DNA from: Flavobacteriales bacterium UBA7443
GTDB taxonomy: Bacteria; Bacteroidota; Bacteroidia; Flavobacteriales_D; Sanyastnellaceae
Direction of reading: 5' to 3'
Length of the DNA: 62,766 nt
Assembly: GCA_002477505.1 (NCBI GenBank)
Contig: DLQB01000046.1
Location: 1 to 62,766 of the forward strand
The translations under genes and the position numbers were made by a program. Below the pieces are notes generated by a model. It was not told the DNA's origin, searched no databases, and saw nothing but the letters and a program-made list of their open reading frames with translations. Shown piece after piece: positions 47,580 through 57,608 of the stretch; the first letter of the stretch is position 1, and each line of letters opens with the position of its first letter.

Positions 47580-48743
47580 CTAAACCAGCTCTTTTTCGAT
47601 CGAATGGATGCGATTCAAGAGCGGCATGGATGTGATTTCACACCATTTACGGGTGATTTGTTCCTGTGAAAAGTTCAAGTCACTCATTGCATCGATCATC
47701 TCCTCCAATCGCTGAATACAGCGCTGACCGACCGCGTCACTGACAGCTTTGGGCGCCCAATCTTCAGGCCAATTTTTTACGTGCCCTTCATTCAAGTCCC
47801 ACAACTTTTTCGCTGCCCAATGCTGCGAGGGCCATTCCTTCATACCGGCATGAATCTTTTTATCCATTTGAATCGCCATGCTCACAGCGGGCCGAATGCC
47901 TTCCTTCGGTGCTTCCCAAAGCATCGGTTCCGAAAAAGCGACATGAACAGCGCCCTTGAAACCGAAAAGGCCTTGCTTCATACTCCTCTCATCTTCTCCC
48001 GCCTGCTTCTCATAATCGCCACCGTTCGCTTCGCGCAACAAGAGCTCCCGAACCTTCATTCCATCGCAAGGATCCCACTCGTAACTCAAGGTGACTGGGT
48101 GCACACGCATCGCGTTCCAATCCTCTCCATCCTTTCGATTCACCAGCATTCGAATCAATGCAGGCGAAGTTCGATCATCTCCATCTTTCGCTCTTCCTTC
48201 TCGATGTGCAAGCCACAAACTTGAGCGTTCTTCAAGTATGACATGCCGGACATAATCAGCAACTTCAGCACTGCTCATCAGCTGCTCCCGAGGCGTTCCG
48301 CCCCGACTGACGATGAAGCTTTTGTTCAATCGCACCAACGCCTCGACCCAGGGCGTTTCCAACAAATTACTGCCAATGCCTATTTGCGTGGTTGGATGGC
48401 CAAGAGACAACAGCCCCATATTGATCAAAGAAGGGTCTAAAACGATGTCTTTGTGATTGGAAATGAACAATGCACCATGCGAATCAAAGCCCTCAGGAAA
48501 AGAAAATGTAACTTCATCCGCAGTGTTATCAAGAACCAATTGCACAAACGGTTTTGAAACTTCTGCCTGAAAGTCATCAACGCTTTGAATGTTGGAAACC
48601 CCTTGAAGCAACTGCGATGCAGCCGCTTCGCCCATGAAAGGAATCAGTTGATCCGACCAATCCATCGACTGCAACAACGTCTGAATAGCACCAGGCACTT
48701 CACCCTTTAAAAAAGGCCGCATATGAGCAAATGTGTCTTGCAT
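47580..48743 (-). CDS. glycerolipid acyltransferase (PlsC/GPAT-like) family protein
   Basis: H-x4-D motif in FISNHKDIVLDPSL, a later EGRAKDG block and a roughly 150-aa C-terminal extension. The ATG at 48743 is preferred. Confidence 0.7.
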   Translation of the reverse strand: MQDTFAHMRPFLKGEVPGAIQTLLQSMDWSDQLIPFMGEAAASQLLQGVSNIQSVDDFQAEVSKPFVQLVLDNTADEVTFSFPEGFDSHGALFISNHKDIVLDPSLINMGLLSLGHPTTQIGIGSNLLETPWVEALVRLNKSFIVSRGGTPREQLMSSAEVADYVRHVILEERSSLWLAHREGRAKDGDDRTSPALIRMLVNRKDGEDWNAMRVHPVTLSYEWDPCDGMKVRELLLREANGGDYEKQAGEDERSMKQGLFGFKGAVHVAFSEPMLWEAPKEGIRPAVSMAIQMDKKIHAGMKEWPSQHWAAKKLWDLNEGHVKNWPEDWAPKAVSDAVGQRCIQRLEEMIDAMSDLNFSQEQITRKWCEITSMPLLNRIHSIEKELV

Positions 48744-48754
48744 GTTTCGAGCGC

Positions 48755-48775
48755 AATTTAGGCAACCTAAATTTG
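48755..48775. promoter_or_regulatory. 8-3-8 inverted repeat overlapping a -7 box (TAAATTTG) in the 36-bp divergent intergenic region
   Basis: AATTTAGG-CAA-CCTAAATT at 48755-48773. TAAATTTG at 48768-48775 ends 4 nt before the helicase ATG (48780). Confidence 0.45.
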
Positions 48776-48779
48776 TCAC

Positions 48780-50066
48780 ATGACATTTTCTGAGCTGAAG
48801 CTGACCCGACAATTCCTCAACGCGATCGAAGACGCCGGTTATCAGGAGCCTTCTCCCATCCAAATCAAGGCCATACCGCCTTTACGCTCCGGTCAAGATG
48901 TCATCGGGATTGCACAAACGGGAACGGGCAAAACAGCGGCTTTTCTTTTGCCGTTGCTCCAGAATCTCAAATACGCGCAACATGACGAGCCACGTGCACT
49001 TGTGCTGGCCCCCACTAAAGAACTCGCATTGCAGATCCATCATGAAGCGCTGAAATTCGCGGCGTATACGGACCTTCGAATCATAGCGCTGTACGGTGGA
49101 GTTGGACCCAAAAGCCAAATCGAAGCGCTTCAGGAAGGTTGCGATTTGGTCATTTGCACCCCAGGACGTTTCATTGAGCTTTACAGCCATGGTCATGTAA
49201 AGACAAAGCGGATCAAACAACTGGTATTGGACGAAGCCGATCGCATGATGGACATGGGATTCATGCCTCAATTGCGCCAAATCCAGGAGATTATCCCAAA
49301 CAAACGTCAGAACATGCTCTTCTCGGCCACTTTTCCACAACGCGTAGAACGGCTTGCCGACGAGTTCCTTTTGTGGCCCATACGGATTGAAGTCACCCCA
49401 GAATCAACGCCGGTTGAAACGGTTCGACAGCTGAAACTGGAGTTGCCCAATCATCGCACCAAGATTGCTTTCATTGAATGGTGGATCAAGAATTTCCTCG
49501 GTGAGAAACGCTTGTTAATTTTCGCACGCAAGAAAGAAGAAGCGGAAAATTTGGCCCGTTATCTTCAGCGTTCTTTTGATTTTGGAATTCGGACCATTCA
49601 CAGCAATAAAGGGCAAAATTCTCGCATCAATGCAATGGAGGATTTCAGATCTGGCGCTGTGCGAATACTGGTTTCCACGGATGTCGCAAGTCGCGGTATT
49701 GACGTGCCAGAAACGGAAATGGTCATCAACGCCTCCGTGCCGCGAGATCCGCATGAATATGTGCATCGCATTGGCCGAACAGGACGCGCTTTCCGGGATG
49801 GAACCGCACTGACCATTAACGATCCAGCAGAACGGTATGCGTTGGAGCGAATTGAAGCATTGGTCGGGGAACCACTGGAGGAAATAGAAGCACCGGAATC
49901 CCTGGAATCATTCGATACTCCTAGGCATGAGCGTCAGATGCAAGCACGAGAAATTGACCGTGAAATGCGCAAAAGAGATCCCAACTATCGAGGAGCCTTC
50001 CATGAAAAGAAAAAGAAAGGAAGCAAGACAACGTCTTCGCGGTCAAATCGGAAGCCGAGAAAGTAA
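48780..50066 (+). CDS. DEAD-box ATP-dependent RNA helicase
   Basis: Q motif (F..L.L...L.AIEDAGYQEPSPIQ), AQTGTGKT, PTRELA-like PTKELA, DEAD (VLDEADRMMDMGF), SAT, HRIGRTGR and a basic C-terminal tail. Confidence 0.95.
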   Translation: MTFSELKLTRQFLNAIEDAGYQEPSPIQIKAIPPLRSGQDVIGIAQTGTGKTAAFLLPLLQNLKYAQHDEPRALVLAPTKELALQIHHEALKFAAYTDLRIIALYGGVGPKSQIEALQEGCDLVICTPGRFIELYSHGHVKTKRIKQLVLDEADRMMDMGFMPQLRQIQEIIPNKRQNMLFSATFPQRVERLADEFLLWPIRIEVTPESTPVETVRQLKLELPNHRTKIAFIEWWIKNFLGEKRLLIFARKKEEAENLARYLQRSFDFGIRTIHSNKGQNSRINAMEDFRSGAVRILVSTDVASRGIDVPETEMVINASVPRDPHEYVHRIGRTGRAFRDGTALTINDPAERYALERIEALVGEPLEEIEAPESLESFDTPRHERQMQAREIDREMRKRDPNYRGAFHEKKKKGSKTTSSRSNRKPRK

Positions 50067-50441
50067 TTTGTCAGGCAAGTCCGACCAGGGGGTCAAGCCT
50101 TCTCCATGCAAAATATAGCCTTCTTCATAGCACATGATCGCCAGGCGACCGTCATCCAAAGGCTGCACATGGGTGTGAAAATTGAAGTCAAAGCCTTTGC
50201 GGCGCAGCCAAATCATGCGGCTTTCCTCTGTCATTTCATCTTTGACCAAATCCTTTAGTGAGACGAGAAGCGACCAATTGCGAATCAACACTTTTTCCAC
50301 CTCTTTTACGGTGGAGGACTTCACATGACTTCTCCTATGTTGGCGCACGCGACAAACATCATTGCAGAATTTCTTGTCCATTCTGCCGCGCAATGTGCTG
50401 CCACATTCCTGGCAGCGACTACTGGGGAACTTTAGAATCAT
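50043..50441 (-). CDS. hypothetical protein with N-terminal zinc-ribbon-like motif
   Basis: MILKFPSSRCQECGSTLRGRMDKKFCNDVCRVRQHR (C-x2-C ... C-x3-C) followed by a roughly 95-aa domain. Resembles a common Bacteroidota hypothetical family (from memory). Overlaps the helicase 3' end by 24 nt. Confidence 0.55.
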   Translation of the reverse strand: MILKFPSSRCQECGSTLRGRMDKKFCNDVCRVRQHRRSHVKSSTVKEVEKVLIRNWSLLVSLKDLVKDEMTEESRMIWLRRKGFDFNFHTHVQPLDDGRLAIMCYEEGYILHGEGLTPWSDLPDKLLSRLPI

Positions 50442-50526
50442 GCCGCAATAAAAACACAAGTAACATACTTGTTATGTGTCGTTTACAACCGGCGCCACAA
50501 AATTCACAGCCGCAGACTAGCCCGCT

Positions 50527-51360
50527 TTAATGTGGCTTCAATTGAATTTTACCGACCAGATCAATAAATAGTTTTGTGAGCTTTGGCTCTGCTTTTTGAG
50601 CCATGGCAACTACTTCATCCAAATCAAAGGGTTTCAAAGCATCCGGATTGCATTCATCTGTGAGAACGCTCACGGCTGCGCAAGGCATTTTCATATGAAC
50701 GGAGGCAATGACCTCAGGAACAGTGGACATTCCCACTGCATCTGCGCCGATGGCACGCAAATAGCGATACTCCGCTCGTGTTTCCAATTGGGGACCCGCA
50801 ACACTGGCGTATACGCCTTTCTGAACATCGATGCCTAATTCCATTGCAGTCTCTTTCAAAAGGGCCGTAAGGGTTGCATCATATGGCTCGCTCATATCTG
50901 GGAATCGTGTTCCGAGGGTTGGGAAGTTAGCTCCACGGAGCGGCGTATCCGGCAACAGATTGATGTGGTCCTCAATCACCATTAATTCGCCTTTTCCAAA
51001 TGCAGGATTCAGGCTTCCGGAAGCATTCGAGATTAAAAGAGCCTTGGCGCCCAGCATCCTTGAAATCCGCACGGGCTTGACCACTTGCTCCATCGAATAG
51101 CCCTCGTAAAAATGAAATCGACCCTGCCAGGCGACTACTTTCTTGCCCTTTAAAACACCGTAAATGAGCTTCCCAAAATGCTGCTCAACCGTTGCTACCG
51201 GAAGGTGTGGAATTTGACTATAACTCCAAGAATGAATAATCTCAATGGAGTCCACAAGCCCTCCAAGTCCCGTACCAAGAACGATTGCTACATCCACGTC
51301 TTCTATGCCGCGCTCCCGCAAATAAGCTGTTGATTCATTCAATTCTATTAGTGCATCCAT
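50527..51360 (-). CDS. purine nucleoside phosphorylase (trimeric PNP/PunA type)
   Basis: VAIVLGTGLG, WQGRFHFYEGYSMEQV, GPQLETRAEYR and GADAVGMSTVPE. Confidence 0.92.
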   Translation of the reverse strand: MDALIELNESTAYLRERGIEDVDVAIVLGTGLGGLVDSIEIIHSWSYSQIPHLPVATVEQHFGKLIYGVLKGKKVVAWQGRFHFYEGYSMEQVVKPVRISRMLGAKALLISNASGSLNPAFGKGELMVIEDHINLLPDTPLRGANFPTLGTRFPDMSEPYDATLTALLKETAMELGIDVQKGVYASVAGPQLETRAEYRYLRAIGADAVGMSTVPEVIASVHMKMPCAAVSVLTDECNPDALKPFDLDEVVAMAQKAEPKLTKLFIDLVGKIQLKPH

Positions 51361-51499
51361 GCCCTCATTTTTATGTTTTGGGTGAAATCATCTCCGAAAT
51401 GATTCTGGCAACCCTTTGTACTCCTCAATATTGACCTCAACAAAGCTATAAAAACAAGATTGTCGACCTTTGAACCATTCGAAAGAAAAAAATACCCGA

Positions 51500-52687
51500 A
51501 TGCCAACGACCAATCCGACAAAACCCATCGCCATTGTTGGCGCCGGAGCCATGGGCTCTGGGATTGCGCAGGTAGCCGCTCAAGCAGGATGCTCCGTGAT
51601 CTTGCTTGACAGCCAGCAAGAAGCCCTAGATCGAAGCAATGCTGCCTTGCAAAAGGTGGCTGCACGGCAGGTAGCCAAAAATCGCTGGAGCCTGGATGAA
51701 TCCGAAGCCATTCAAGCCCGAATCCACCGAACCTGTGAATTTGAACAAGTGGCGGAATGTGACTTGGTCATCGAAGCCATTCTGGAGGACCTCGGGGCCA
51801 AAACAGCTCTCTTTCATTCCTTGGAAGAATGTGTAAAGCCATCGACCATACTCGCCACCAATACCTCTTCGCTTTCCATTACGGCATTGGCAGGCACATT
51901 GCGTCACCCCCAACGTTGCATTGGCTTGCACTTTTTCAATCCAGCCCCACTCATGGCACTGGTCGAAATTGTTCCGGCATTGCAAACAAGTCATGACGTA
52001 ATTGAGCAATGCCAATCCTGGTTGATGGACTGGAACAAATCTGCAGTCATTGCCAAGGACACTCCGGGATTCATCGTCAACCGACTGGCTCGACCGTTTT
52101 ACGGCGAGGCGTTGCGCATTGCTGAAGAAGGCGAATACGGAATCCATACCATTGACTCCGCAATGAAAGCAGTTGGATTCCGCATGGGACCTTTTGAATT
52201 GATGGATTTGATTGGCAACGATGTCAATTATGCCGTCACTTGCACGGTATTTGAGGCTTTTTATTTCGACCCTCGTTATCAGCCAAGCCTTATTCAAAAG
52301 CAACACGTGGATGCCGGATGGCTCGGAAAGAAAACAGGAAGAGGATATTACACCTACTTAGTGGATGGAACGCGCAAGGCAGAACCAGTGCCTGCGGACT
52401 TGGATGAAGCCGCTTTTGCGGACATCTCCAATCGCATTCTCGCACTCCTGATCAATGAAGCGGCGGACGCTTTGCGATTGAAAATCGCGAATGAACAAGA
52501 TCTGGAAACCGCCATGACCCGCGGTGTCAATTATCCGAAAGGGCTTCTGAAATGGAGCAATGATTGGGGAATCAGCAACGTGTTGAGCAAACTCGAAGCC
52601 ATGCAATCTACGTACGGCGAAGATCGTTACAGGCCTTCCCCTCTGCTGAAGGAAATGGCGCGCGAAGGAAGAGCCTTTAACGTCTAA
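51500..52687 (+). CDS. 3-hydroxyacyl-CoA / 3-hydroxybutyryl-CoA dehydrogenase with extra C-terminal domain
   Basis: Rossmann IAIVGAGAMGSGIAQV, NTSSLSIT, HFFNPAP, PGFIVNRL and a second C-terminal 3HCDH-like repeat. The ATG at 51500 is preferred over the TTG at 51470. Confidence 0.88.
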   Translation: MPTTNPTKPIAIVGAGAMGSGIAQVAAQAGCSVILLDSQQEALDRSNAALQKVAARQVAKNRWSLDESEAIQARIHRTCEFEQVAECDLVIEAILEDLGAKTALFHSLEECVKPSTILATNTSSLSITALAGTLRHPQRCIGLHFFNPAPLMALVEIVPALQTSHDVIEQCQSWLMDWNKSAVIAKDTPGFIVNRLARPFYGEALRIAEEGEYGIHTIDSAMKAVGFRMGPFELMDLIGNDVNYAVTCTVFEAFYFDPRYQPSLIQKQHVDAGWLGKKTGRGYYTYLVDGTRKAEPVPADLDEAAFADISNRILALLINEAADALRLKIANEQDLETAMTRGVNYPKGLLKWSNDWGISNVLSKLEAMQSTYGEDRYRPSPLLKEMAREGRAFNV

Positions 52688-52693
52688 CCATCA

Positions 52694-54727
52694 TCAAGCG
52701 TAGGCATCCAACAAAACGTCTAGAATTTCTGAAGCCGATTTTGTAATTGGCGTTCCGGGGCCAAAGATTCCCACGGCACCCATCGCAAAGAGCGCCTCGT
52801 AATCTTTCACTGGAATCACTCCGCCTACTACGACCAAAATATCGTCCCTCCCTTGGGAATTCAATGCGGCAATCAGTGCAGGCACTAAGGTTTTGTGGCC
52901 CGCTGCCAAAGTGCTGATTCCAACCACGTGCACGTCGTTGTCGACCGCTTGTTTCGCAACCTCCTCGGGCGTTTGGAACAACGCTCCTAAATCAACATCG
53001 AACCCCAAATCAGCGAATGAAGAAGCGACCACCTTGGCGCCTCGGTCATGCCCATCCTGGCCCATTTTCGCAACCAAAATACGAGGCTGACGCCCCACCT
53101 TCGCGGCGAATGACTCAGCCCGTTTGACGACTGCTTGGTATGCTTCTTGACCTTCCATTGCTCGCGAAAAGATACCACTGACCTTTTGAGTTTTCGGTTT
53201 AAATCTGCCATAGACTTCCTCCAAGGCCAAACTAATTTCACCCAACGTCGCGCGTGATCTTGCCGCCTTCACAGCCAAATCGAGCAAATTTGAGTCCTCT
53301 TTTGCCCCTCGCGTTAGCGCTTGCAGCGCTGCATTTGCCTTTTGCGTACTTCGGTTGGCCTTGACATGTTGTAAGCGACGCTCTTGATCCAAACGAACGG
53401 CTGACTGATCAATTTCAAGCGTAGCGAGCTCCTCTTCTTCTTCCAACACAAAGAGATTGACACCAATCAATCGATCCTGGCCCCGATCAATACGTGCTTG
53501 CTTTTTTGCTGCTGCAGCTTCAATTCTGAGTTTTGGAATGCCTTGTTCAATGGCCGAAGACATCCCTCCCGCTTCGTCAATTTCCGCGATCAAAGCATCG
53601 GCCTTTTCAACCATCTGACGCGTCAAATCCTCCATCATTCGAGATCCATACCAAGGATCTACGGCCTTGCAAAGACCGGCTTCATTTTGAAGGAAAAGCT
53701 GCGTATTGCGGGCGACACGCGCCGATGCCTCCGTCGGTAAGGCGATGGCCTCATCCATGGAATTGGTGTGAAGTGATTGTGTGCCGCCAAAAACAGCAGA
53801 CATCGCCTCGAGCGTCGTGCGGGCGACATTGTTCCATGGGTCTTGTGCCGTCAGCGACCAACCACTGGTCTGGGTATGGGTTCTCAGCATCAATGACTTG
53901 GGATTTTTAGCTCCCAACTTTTTCATGCAATCGGCCCATATTAGTCGCGCCGCGCGCATTTTAGCTATTTCCTCAAAATGGTTCATTCCACTTGCCCAGA
54001 AAAAACTCAAGCGAGGTGCAAACGCGTCGATATCCAAACCAGATTGAATGCCCGTCTTCACATACTCGAGGCCATCCGCCAGGGTGTATGCCAATTCCAG
54101 CTCGGGTGTGGCTCCTGCTTCTTGCATGTGATAACCCGAGATGGAAATGGAATTGAATTTGGGCATGTGCTCCGCTGTAAACTGAAAAATATCCGAGATG
54201 ATGCGCATGGAAGGCACGGGGGGATAGATGTAAGTATTCCTCACCATGAATTCCTTCAAGATGTCATTTTGAATGGTTCCCATCAGCGCATTCAATTCCA
54301 CTCCTTGCTCCTCGGCTGCGACAATGTAGAAAGCCAGAATGGGCAGTACCGCGCCATTCATCGTCATGCTCACTGACATTTCTCCGAGGGGAATGCCATC
54401 GAACAAGCGCTTCATGTCCTCCACGGTGTCAATGGCTACGCCCGCCATCCCCACATCTCCTGTTACCCGCGGATGGTCGCTATCGTATCCCCGATGCGTT
54501 GCAAGATCAAATGCAACACTCAGTCCTTTTTGACCTGCTGCCAAATTCGCTCGATAAAACGCGTTCGACGCTTCAGCGGTTGAAAAGCCCGCGTATTGAC
54601 GAATGGTCCACGGGCGGGCCGTATACATACTCGCGTATGGACCACCCAAATAAGGCGCTTGACCCGGACCAAACATTTCATGCTCCTGGCGCCTTGGCGT
54701 CTCGGGGTAATGCGGTTTCTGATTCAT
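52694..54727 (-). CDS. mutB: methylmalonyl-CoA mutase, large (catalytic, B12-binding) subunit
   Basis: [30 protein letters not shown], a TIM-barrel core and the C-terminal B12 motif [12 protein letters not shown]. Confidence 0.95.
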   Translation of the reverse strand: MNQKPHYPETPRRQEHEMFGPGQAPYLGGPYASMYTARPWTIRQYAGFSTAEASNAFYRANLAAGQKGLSVAFDLATHRGYDSDHPRVTGDVGMAGVAIDTVEDMKRLFDGIPLGEMSVSMTMNGAVLPILAFYIVAAEEQGVELNALMGTIQNDILKEFMVRNTYIYPPVPSMRIISDIFQFTAEHMPKFNSISISGYHMQEAGATPELELAYTLADGLEYVKTGIQSGLDIDAFAPRLSFFWASGMNHFEEIAKMRAARLIWADCMKKLGAKNPKSLMLRTHTQTSGWSLTAQDPWNNVARTTLEAMSAVFGGTQSLHTNSMDEAIALPTEASARVARNTQLFLQNEAGLCKAVDPWYGSRMMEDLTRQMVEKADALIAEIDEAGGMSSAIEQGIPKLRIEAAAAKKQARIDRGQDRLIGVNLFVLEEEEELATLEIDQSAVRLDQERRLQHVKANRSTQKANAALQALTRGAKEDSNLLDLAVKAARSRATLGEISLALEEVYGRFKPKTQKVSGIFSRAMEGQEAYQAVVKRAESFAAKVGRQPRILVAKMGQDGHDRGAKVVASSFADLGFDVDLGALFQTPEEVAKQAVDNDVHVVGISTLAAGHKTLVPALIAALNSQGRDDILVVVGGVIPVKDYEALFAMGAVGIFGPGTPITKSASEILDVLLDAYA

Positions 54728-55776
54728 AGCTTGGATTCAAGGTAAGCGGACCACGCGGCCTCCAGCAGATTGGAAGACCAACGGTCCACGGTACGGCTGC
54801 CTCCCATCGGATCAAATGTTCGATGCAAACCGGCTTCTTCTCGCATCAAGTGTTGGATGTTACGAGCCCAACGCAAAGCGTTTTCATCCGGAGGAAGCTC
54901 GGACTTGGACTTGATGTGCGGAACGGTTTCCAGACCATCGGCTCCGCCAATGATTGCAGCATAGGAGGCAACTGTCAAATCGATCAGGTGGTCGGTTTCC
55001 AATTCATCACGGAACGTCACATCCGATGTAACTGCATCAATCCAAACCGCTTGGTCGTCCAATTGATTTGCAGCCAACCAACGCGACCAGAGCGCCCGTA
55101 ACGCCCGCAGCCCAGCAACCTCCTCCATGACATCTACAGATGTCCACCATCGCCAAACCATGCGATTGAGCTCATCTTCAATAACCGCATCTGAGGCCTT
55201 TGCCCACTTCAGCCAATGGTCCAAGAGCAAGCAATGCTCAACCAATGCTTCCATCAGGTTCAAGCCCCGCAATCGATGGTCGGATGAACCAAATCGCCAG
55301 ATCCGCAAATGCGGTGCCTCGTCCAGCATTCGCCAATGATCATGCATCTGAGCTGACCCAACCGCTGATGTCACATCCAGTCCACAAGAGCCGCGCCATC
55401 CTGCCTCTAACAGTACACGCACATCCAATTTGTTCGCATGAAACAGCTTCGGTTCCACGTGCAGTTCCACCATATTCATATGCACGCCATCGAACCAAGT
55501 CATATCACAATCAGAAGCGTCCAAACGCAAACCAGCAACGCCATTCAACAGCGAGTCAAGAACTTGATCCGATGAATGAATGCTTTCTTGTAGTTGCCAT
55601 GGATTCCCTTCTGAAGGGTCAGCTATGCTCCTCGACGGGAATTCAAATGACGCGTCCTCTGGACTCCAGATTGGCCGCTCCCATGACGCACTGGACGGGG
55701 AAATGGAATCACCGACAGCTGTGCGCCATTTCTTGGGATCAAACGCTGAGAAGGAATTCCATCTAGTTACTGGCAT
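54724..55776 (-). CDS. mutA: methylmalonyl-CoA mutase small-subunit-like protein (short form)
   Basis: 350 aa, translationally coupled to the large-subunit gene (ATGA overlap). Weak mutase-barrel similarity (...[23 protein letters not shown]...). No room for a C-terminal Rossmann-like domain. Confidence 0.6.
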   Translation of the reverse strand: MPVTRWNSFSAFDPKKWRTAVGDSISPSSASWERPIWSPEDASFEFPSRSIADPSEGNPWQLQESIHSSDQVLDSLLNGVAGLRLDASDCDMTWFDGVHMNMVELHVEPKLFHANKLDVRVLLEAGWRGSCGLDVTSAVGSAQMHDHWRMLDEAPHLRIWRFGSSDHRLRGLNLMEALVEHCLLLDHWLKWAKASDAVIEDELNRMVWRWWTSVDVMEEVAGLRALRALWSRWLAANQLDDQAVWIDAVTSDVTFRDELETDHLIDLTVASYAAIIGGADGLETVPHIKSKSELPPDENALRWARNIQHLMREEAGLHRTFDPMGGSRTVDRWSSNLLEAAWSAYLESKL

Positions 55777-55838
55777 GCTTCAAATCTACAAAACCGAGAA
55801 CCGATGCAAATTAGATGGTCCATCGTTAATTTTAGGAC

Positions 55839-56180
55839 ATGAAACGACCAATTCCTTGGGAGCAATTCGAAGCATTACAGCTTGAGGTGGGACGCATTGT
55901 AAGCGTGGAGAGATTTCCCGAAGCAAAAAAAACCGCTTATATCATTGCTGCCGACTTCGGACCGACCCGCGGAACACTCAAGACCTCTGCTCAACTTACC
56001 CAGCGCTACAAGCCTGAAGATCTCGTCGGAAAACAAATCGTTGGGGTCACCAACTTTCCGAAAAAGCAGATTGGCCCCATGATGTCAGAGTTTCTCGTTC
56101 TGGGTGCATTGGACTCGAAAAACGGAACTGCCATCCTTCAAGTCCTCGAAAATGTCGCCCCCGGCACTTCCATTGCATGA
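55839..56180 (+). CDS. csaA: tRNA-binding domain protein (CsaA/YgjH-like)
   Basis: 113 aa: F..L.LEVGRIVSVERFPEAKK.AY....DFG......TSAQLT..Y.PEDLVGKQIVGV.NFP.KQIGP..SE.LVLG. Confidence 0.85.
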   Translation: MKRPIPWEQFEALQLEVGRIVSVERFPEAKKTAYIIAADFGPTRGTLKTSAQLTQRYKPEDLVGKQIVGVTNFPKKQIGPMMSEFLVLGALDSKNGTAILQVLENVAPGTSIA

Positions 56181-56218
56181 TGCTTGGGGGATTCCATTCA
56201 GGTGCTTAGCTTCGCCGC

Positions 56219-56728
56219 ATGACTGTGCGCAACAAAGCAATTTTTTTGGATCGGGACGGCGTCATCAATCATGACCCCGGTGATTACACGAAAAGCATCG
56301 AAGAGTTCACCATCCTGCCCACGGTCATGGAGGCGCTCAAAGCATTGCAAGCGGATGGATACAAGCTGATCTTGATCACGAATCAAGGCGGAATTGCCAA
56401 GGGTTTGTACGGTCACGACGCGGTGAAAACGATTCACGATTATTTCGTTTCGCAGTGCGCTGAACACGGAATTGAAATTACCGATATCTTCTACAGTCCA
56501 CACCATCCTGATTATGGTGAAAGCTTAACAAGAAAGCCCGGGGGGCTTATGATCGAAAAAGCCTGTGCCAAGCACGCAATTGACCCCAAGCAATCATGGA
56601 TGGTTGGCGATAAATTGCGTGATATTGAAGCCGGTGAAGCCGCGGGCGTCAAAGGCATTCAAATTCCTCTCAACAGTCCCCTGTTGCAATATGTGCCTCA
56701 GCTAATGCAAGCACCTGAAGCGATATAG
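56219..56728 (+). CDS. HAD-IIIA family phosphatase (GmhB / histidinol-phosphatase-like)
   Basis: AIFLDRDGVIN (DxDx motif), ITNQGGIAKG, RKPGGLM and GDKLRDIEAG. The Cys/His zinc site of canonical GmhB is not evident. Confidence 0.8.
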   Translation: MTVRNKAIFLDRDGVINHDPGDYTKSIEEFTILPTVMEALKALQADGYKLILITNQGGIAKGLYGHDAVKTIHDYFVSQCAEHGIEITDIFYSPHHPDYGESLTRKPGGLMIEKACAKHAIDPKQSWMVGDKLRDIEAGEAAGVKGIQIPLNSPLLQYVPQLMQAPEAI

Positions 56729-56729
56729 C

Positions 56730-57608
56730 ATGAACCATTTCCAATGGCGACCTACGGAGCGACCGTGCTACCTGATGAACGGTGAATTCTGTGCGGATTC
56801 GGCCTTGCCTTTCTCGCACTTCAATCGCGGCTTTTTGTATTCGGATGGTTTTTTTGAAACGGTGCGAATTTGCAACGGTATCCCCCAGCACTTGGCGCTG
56901 CATTGGAATCGAATTTCCTCGAGCCTTCGTGCGCATCGCATGGAAAACAAACAAGGATTAACGGAAAAACAACTGGGTCATCGATTGCAAGAATTATGCG
57001 AACGCAATGCGATCAATCAAGGAGGACGGGTGCGGATTACAATTTTCAGAAACGGCGGCGGTCGATACCGACCCGAATCCAATGAAATGGCATGGATTGC
57101 AACCGCAGAGCCCTTGCAAGATAACTTGCTGATTTCGGAAGAAAAGGGGCTCAATGTGGATCTTTACAGCGGCATGCAGAAGCAAGTCAATCCACTTTCC
57201 AATTTCAAAAACTTGTCATCCAACCTCTACATTCAAGCCGCACTTTGGGCTGAAGAAGAGGGATTGGATGACGCACTCATTCAAAACGAAGCATGCGACG
57301 TCATTGAGTCGTCGCATTCCAACTTATTTCTTGTCAGCAATGGCGCCTTATATACGCCGGGACTTGACTCGGGTCCAGTCGGAGGCATCATGCGCGCCTC
57401 CACCATTAACCTCGCGCTTCGTCAGGGATACAAGGTATACGAATGCAACATCACGCCGAAGGAGATGATGGCAGCTGACGAGATGTTTCTGACCAATACG
57501 ATACGAGGAATTCAGTGGATAGCGCGTTTCAAAGACCGACGCTATTTCCACACCACCTCCAAAGAGCTTCTGAAGTTGATGAATGAAACGTGGATCAGCC
57601 AACTCTAA
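56730..57608 (+). CDS. aminotransferase class IV (aminodeoxychorismate lyase / D-amino-acid aminotransferase-like)
   Basis: NRGFLYSDGFFET, FKNLSSNLY (candidate PLP Lys), IESSHSNLFLV.NGALYTP and GIMR, which are fold-type-IV motifs. Confidence 0.75.
   Translation: MNHFQWRPTERPCYLMNGEFCADSALPFSHFNRGFLYSDGFFETVRICNGIPQHLALHWNRISSSLRAHRMENKQGLTEKQLGHRLQELCERNAINQGGRVRITIFRNGGGRYRPESNEMAWIATAEPLQDNLLISEEKGLNVDLYSGMQKQVNPLSNFKNLSSNLYIQAALWAEEEGLDDALIQNEACDVIESSHSNLFLVSNGALYTPGLDSGPVGGIMRASTINLALRQGYKVYECNITPKEMMAADEMFLTNTIRGIQWIARFKDRRYFHTTSKELLKLMNETWISQL

Noticed and set aside
55777-55838. Possible cobalamin riboswitch upstream of the methylmalonyl-CoA mutase operon.
   Set aside because: Only 62 nt are available between the mutA-like start and the divergent csaA gene. 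That is far too short for a B12 riboswitch, and no B12-box-like sequence is seen.
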